NCBI GenBank assembly: GCA_963840455.1
Contig: CAWIYV010000010.1
Coordinates: 472,348-536,347 of the forward strand
Length of the DNA: 64,000 nt
Direction of reading: 5' to 3'
Source of the DNA: Nitrospirota bacterium
GTDB taxonomy: Bacteria; Nitrospirota; UBA9217
Positions within the stretch are counted from its first letter, which is position 1. Each line of letters opens with the position of its first letter. The notes beneath the pieces were generated by a model. The model was given only the letters and a program-made list of their open reading frames with translations, was not told the origin of the DNA and made no database searches. The position numbers and the translations under genes are program-made. Below are positions 61,182 through 64,000 of the stretch, in pieces.

Positions 61182-62228
61182 ATGGCAATGAAGAACGAGC
61201 AACCGGAAATATCCGCAAAGATCCGCATCCTCATACTGACGTTGGCCGTTGCCGCGGTCTGGTTCGTCCTCGGGATGGTTTACCTGGATCGCTTTCCGCC
61301 GGCCCTGACGCGGCTGGAACTGGTGCTGATGCCGTGGAAACGGCCCCTGCCGCCAGAGGCGAATCTAGACCAGCGCCTCGAACTAATGCAGCAACAGCTT
61401 GACGCTTCCACCAGGATCTCCTCGTACGCGTTCACCGGCATGATCATGTCGTTCGCCGCGCTGAGCGTGTATCTCTCCATCCTCTACCAGCAGAAACAGC
61501 GCCGCGCACGGGAGAACATGTTCCTGGTCCTCAAGAACCAGGAGATCGCCCGCCGCAACGAGTTCATCCGCTATATTTCCGCCACCATCGGCCATGAGTT
61601 CAAGAACAATCTCGGCCGTATCAAGCGGCGGATCGATCTGATCTCGGAGCTGCCCCGGGAGGCACGGGGACGGATCGATGACAACCTGGACAAGCTTTTC
61701 GCAGATATCGATATCTTCAAGCGTATCTCGGATGAGCGCGAAGCGAGCCTGGTAGAGTTCAAGAACTTCGATCTCAAAGAAATGCTGAACAGTCTTGCCC
61801 TGCAATTCAGCGATCTTGCTCACGTCTCGATCCGTGAGTGTGCAGTTGTCCCACCGATCTATGCTGCACCCGAGCTGGTGAGGACCGTGTTCGAGAATGT
61901 CTTTGATAACGCGGCCAAATACAAGAAGCCGGACGACAATCTCGCTCAGGTCCTCGTTTCCTGTGCCACGGATCAGGACGGCGGCAGGCGGTATGTGACG
62001 ATCTCCATCCGCGACCAGGGGATCGGCATGGATGAGCAGCAGGCCGACCAATGTTTCTACAAGGGCAAAGGCACCGGCGAAAGCTGGGGGCAGGGTCTGT
62101 ATTATGCGAAGTACGTTGTTGGCCTGCATGCGGGAAAGATACGGATCGGCAAGGAATATACGGCGCCCGGAGCGGGAACCGAGATCATCATCAATCTTCC
62201 GTTCGTCGAGGAGTCGCTGGATGTTTAA
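61182..62228 (+). CDS. Sensor histidine kinase
   Basis: 2 TM; H-box IGHEFKNNL, N-box ENVFDNAAKY, G1 DQGIG, G2 WGQGL. Confidence 0.88.
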   Translation: MAMKNEQPEISAKIRILILTLAVAAVWFVLGMVYLDRFPPALTRLELVLMPWKRPLPPEANLDQRLELMQQQLDASTRISSYAFTGMIMSFAALSVYLSILYQQKQRRARENMFLVLKNQEIARRNEFIRYISATIGHEFKNNLGRIKRRIDLISELPREARGRIDDNLDKLFADIDIFKRISDEREASLVEFKNFDLKEMLNSLALQFSDLAHVSIRECAVVPPIYAAPELVRTVFENVFDNAAKYKKPDDNLAQVLVSCATDQDGGRRYVTISIRDQGIGMDEQQADQCFYKGKGTGESWGQGLYYAKYVVGLHAGKIRIGKEYTAPGAGTEIIINLPFVEESLDV

Positions 62229-63111
62229 GGTGCTGATCGCCGATGATGATTTTGAGGACCGCGAGCTTCTGAAGCTCGAGATCCAGCGGGCCCTCGGACC
62301 GGACGCGGACGCCGTCCGGTTCCGCGAGGCAGGCAGCGTTCAGGAGGCCGTCAAGCAGCTCGAGGCGCAGGTCTTTGATCTCATGACGCTCGACATCGAG
62401 TTCGACCGGATGACCGAGGGGATCGATGTCCTTCCCGAGATCTTCGAGACCTATCCGGGGCTGAACATCATCATTATCAGCGGCAAGCTCGACAAACGGG
62501 AAGTGTCGGAACGGCTGTTCCGTTTCACCAAGGACAACGTGCTGAAGGGCAAGCGCTGGGCCAGGCACTTCGATGTGCTTGACAAGAAGGACGACAAGGC
62601 GGAGGCCATCCGCCGCGCTTATGCGTTCGCCCGGCAGCAGCAGGAAGGGGCGGACAATGTCCGGGAGCTGTTCCTGCTTGCCGAGTCCTATCTTGAGAAG
62701 AACATGATCGATAAATGCCTGGAAGTCTATCAGAAGATCCAGCATCTGGCGCCGCATGATGTGGAATCCACAGAGAACATCCGCATCATCCGGGGCGAGG
62801 TGTCGGCGGAACAGGCCCTGGAGTATTTCCGAGCCGGCGAGCGTATCGTGGCCGCGCTGCTGCTCGGTTATTATCTGGAGAACCGTCTGAAGTCTGCTAC
62901 CGCGTCGACACTGGGACGAACCTACGCCATCCTGTCAGAAGGCCTGCAGGAGATGCAGCAGCGCAACATGATCACCCGTTACCGGTATGGATTGTTCGGC
63001 GATCTGCTGGGGCTGAGGAACAAGGCCATTCACCAGCCCGCGACCCTGGTGGAGAACGACTTCCAGACAGCGATCAAAAAACTGGCCCAGTTGGAGGAGT
63101 TCACGCCATGA
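62221..63111 (+). CDS. Response regulator with a C-terminal HEPN-like helical domain
   Basis: VLIADDD...DLMTLDIE...IIISG receiver domain; C-terminal LRNKAIH (RxxxxH). Confidence 0.75.
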   Translation: MFKVLIADDDFEDRELLKLEIQRALGPDADAVRFREAGSVQEAVKQLEAQVFDLMTLDIEFDRMTEGIDVLPEIFETYPGLNIIIISGKLDKREVSERLFRFTKDNVLKGKRWARHFDVLDKKDDKAEAIRRAYAFARQQQEGADNVRELFLLAESYLEKNMIDKCLEVYQKIQHLAPHDVESTENIRIIRGEVSAEQALEYFRAGERIVAALLLGYYLENRLKSATASTLGRTYAILSEGLQEMQQRNMITRYRYGLFGDLLGLRNKAIHQPATLVENDFQTAIKKLAQLEEFTP

Positions 63112-63761
63112 TCGAGCGAGTTAGATCGCGGTGGCGCTACCTGCCGCCGTCCGGCCCGGTCATCAGCCTCCTGCTGATAGGGCTCGTGCTTTTGAGCGCA
63201 CTGCTCTATTACCGGTCCGTGAAGATCCAACGGTTCTTGGAACCGGCATTGGCGCTCTCCCAGCCCCGGAACGAGTTCACCAAGCGGATCAACGAGCTGT
63301 TCCAGCGGGAGTTCGGCGACCGGCCTGTCAGCGGGCTGAAGGTTCGGAGGAGCTCCATCCAGATGCAGCGGTCGCTCATCTTCCAGCCGGACGGCAAACT
63401 GCAGCCGGAGGGAAAGAGCATCCTGGGCAAGCTCGCGAAGGTCTTTTTTGCGCTCATGAAGGACGAACGAACGCGTTCCGAGATCGACCGTGTCCTGATC
63501 GTCTCGCGGTTCGCGCATCGCGAAGCGCCGGGTGCGAACGTCCCGGGGAGGATGCAGGAGCATCTGTTGGTCGGGTTCATCGAGGACGCGTTGTTCCTGG
63601 AGGTGCCCGAGCTCGGCCGGGGATACGCGTCGTACTTCATCAGCGCTACCGGACCGCTTGATGCCCGCAAGGGGGCTCCTGACATAGTGGACTTCATCAT
63701 CGTTCCGTCGGAGTCCCTGCACATCGAAGTGCTTGAGAAGCTGGAGAAATACGCCAACTGA
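63108..63761 (+). CDS. Single-TM protein with a degenerate MotB/OmpA-like domain
   Basis: ATGA overlap; TM, then LIFQPDGKLQPEGKSILGKLA...RVLIV; lacks the canonical GHTD/RA motifs. Confidence 0.55.
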   Translation: MIERVRSRWRYLPPSGPVISLLLIGLVLLSALLYYRSVKIQRFLEPALALSQPRNEFTKRINELFQREFGDRPVSGLKVRRSSIQMQRSLIFQPDGKLQPEGKSILGKLAKVFFALMKDERTRSEIDRVLIVSRFAHREAPGANVPGRMQEHLLVGFIEDALFLEVPELGRGYASYFISATGPLDARKGAPDIVDFIIVPSESLHIEVLEKLEKYAN

Positions 63762-64000
63762 GCCCGGACCAGGGAGAGCGGCAGGGAGATGGCCAGCACG
63801 TATCCCCCGTGCATGCATGCCCCGCTTCAACCCGGGAGATATTCCGGTGGGTACTCCTGCTCACGCAGGTGGTCGTCATCTTATCGATCTTTTCCGGACA
63901 ACCGGGACAGGACCATCGCATCCGGTCCAGGTCTGGTCACCGTAAAGCTACTAGCAGTCAACACGGACGATCCGCGATGCATACAAAAGGCCGTTGATAT

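Noticed and set aside
63108-63761. Zorya (ZorAB) or flagellar stator
   Set aside because: No MotA/ZorA partner is visible and the peptidoglycan-binding motifs are degenerate.

Overview
This 64 kb bacterial window is mostly + strand and is dominated by an extracellular electron transfer locus. Core (9.2-33.6 kb): a sigma54-type promoter, GEMM-I riboswitch, NHL protein, second GEMM-I riboswitch, OmcS-like hexaheme nanowire cytochrome, second OmcS/OmcT-like hexaheme, YVTN beta-propeller lipoprotein, outer-membrane beta-barrel, small lipoprotein, giant (~3,300 aa, ~25 Calx-beta domains) lipoprotein split by a single extra G, SurA/PpiC-like foldase, 26-heme and 16-heme cytochromes, and an NHL protein. 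From memory this order matches the Geobacter omcS-companion region. Two more omcS copies follow. One (38.3 kb) lies behind tandem riboswitches in a decayed element bounded by tRNA-Val 3' fragments with an integrase relic. The other (54.9 kb) lies in a duplicated riboswitch-NHL-riboswitch-omcS module. Interleaved is a large lipid-linked glycosylation set: seven TMTC-like GT-C/TPR proteins, two TPR-only derivatives, two TPR-less GT-Cs each with the same partner gene, and a GtrA-GT2 fusion. Of six GEMM-I aptamers, four are G20 (c-di-GMP type) and two are A20 (3',3'-cGAMP type). The window ends with a histidine kinase, a REC-HEPN-like protein and a MotB/OmpA-like protein. The main hypothesis (inference) is a glycosylated cytochrome-nanowire system with a giant Calx-beta adhesin built into its export apparatus, controlled by two cyclic dinucleotides. 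All calls were made by eye without database searches. Start codons and taxonomy are uncertain.
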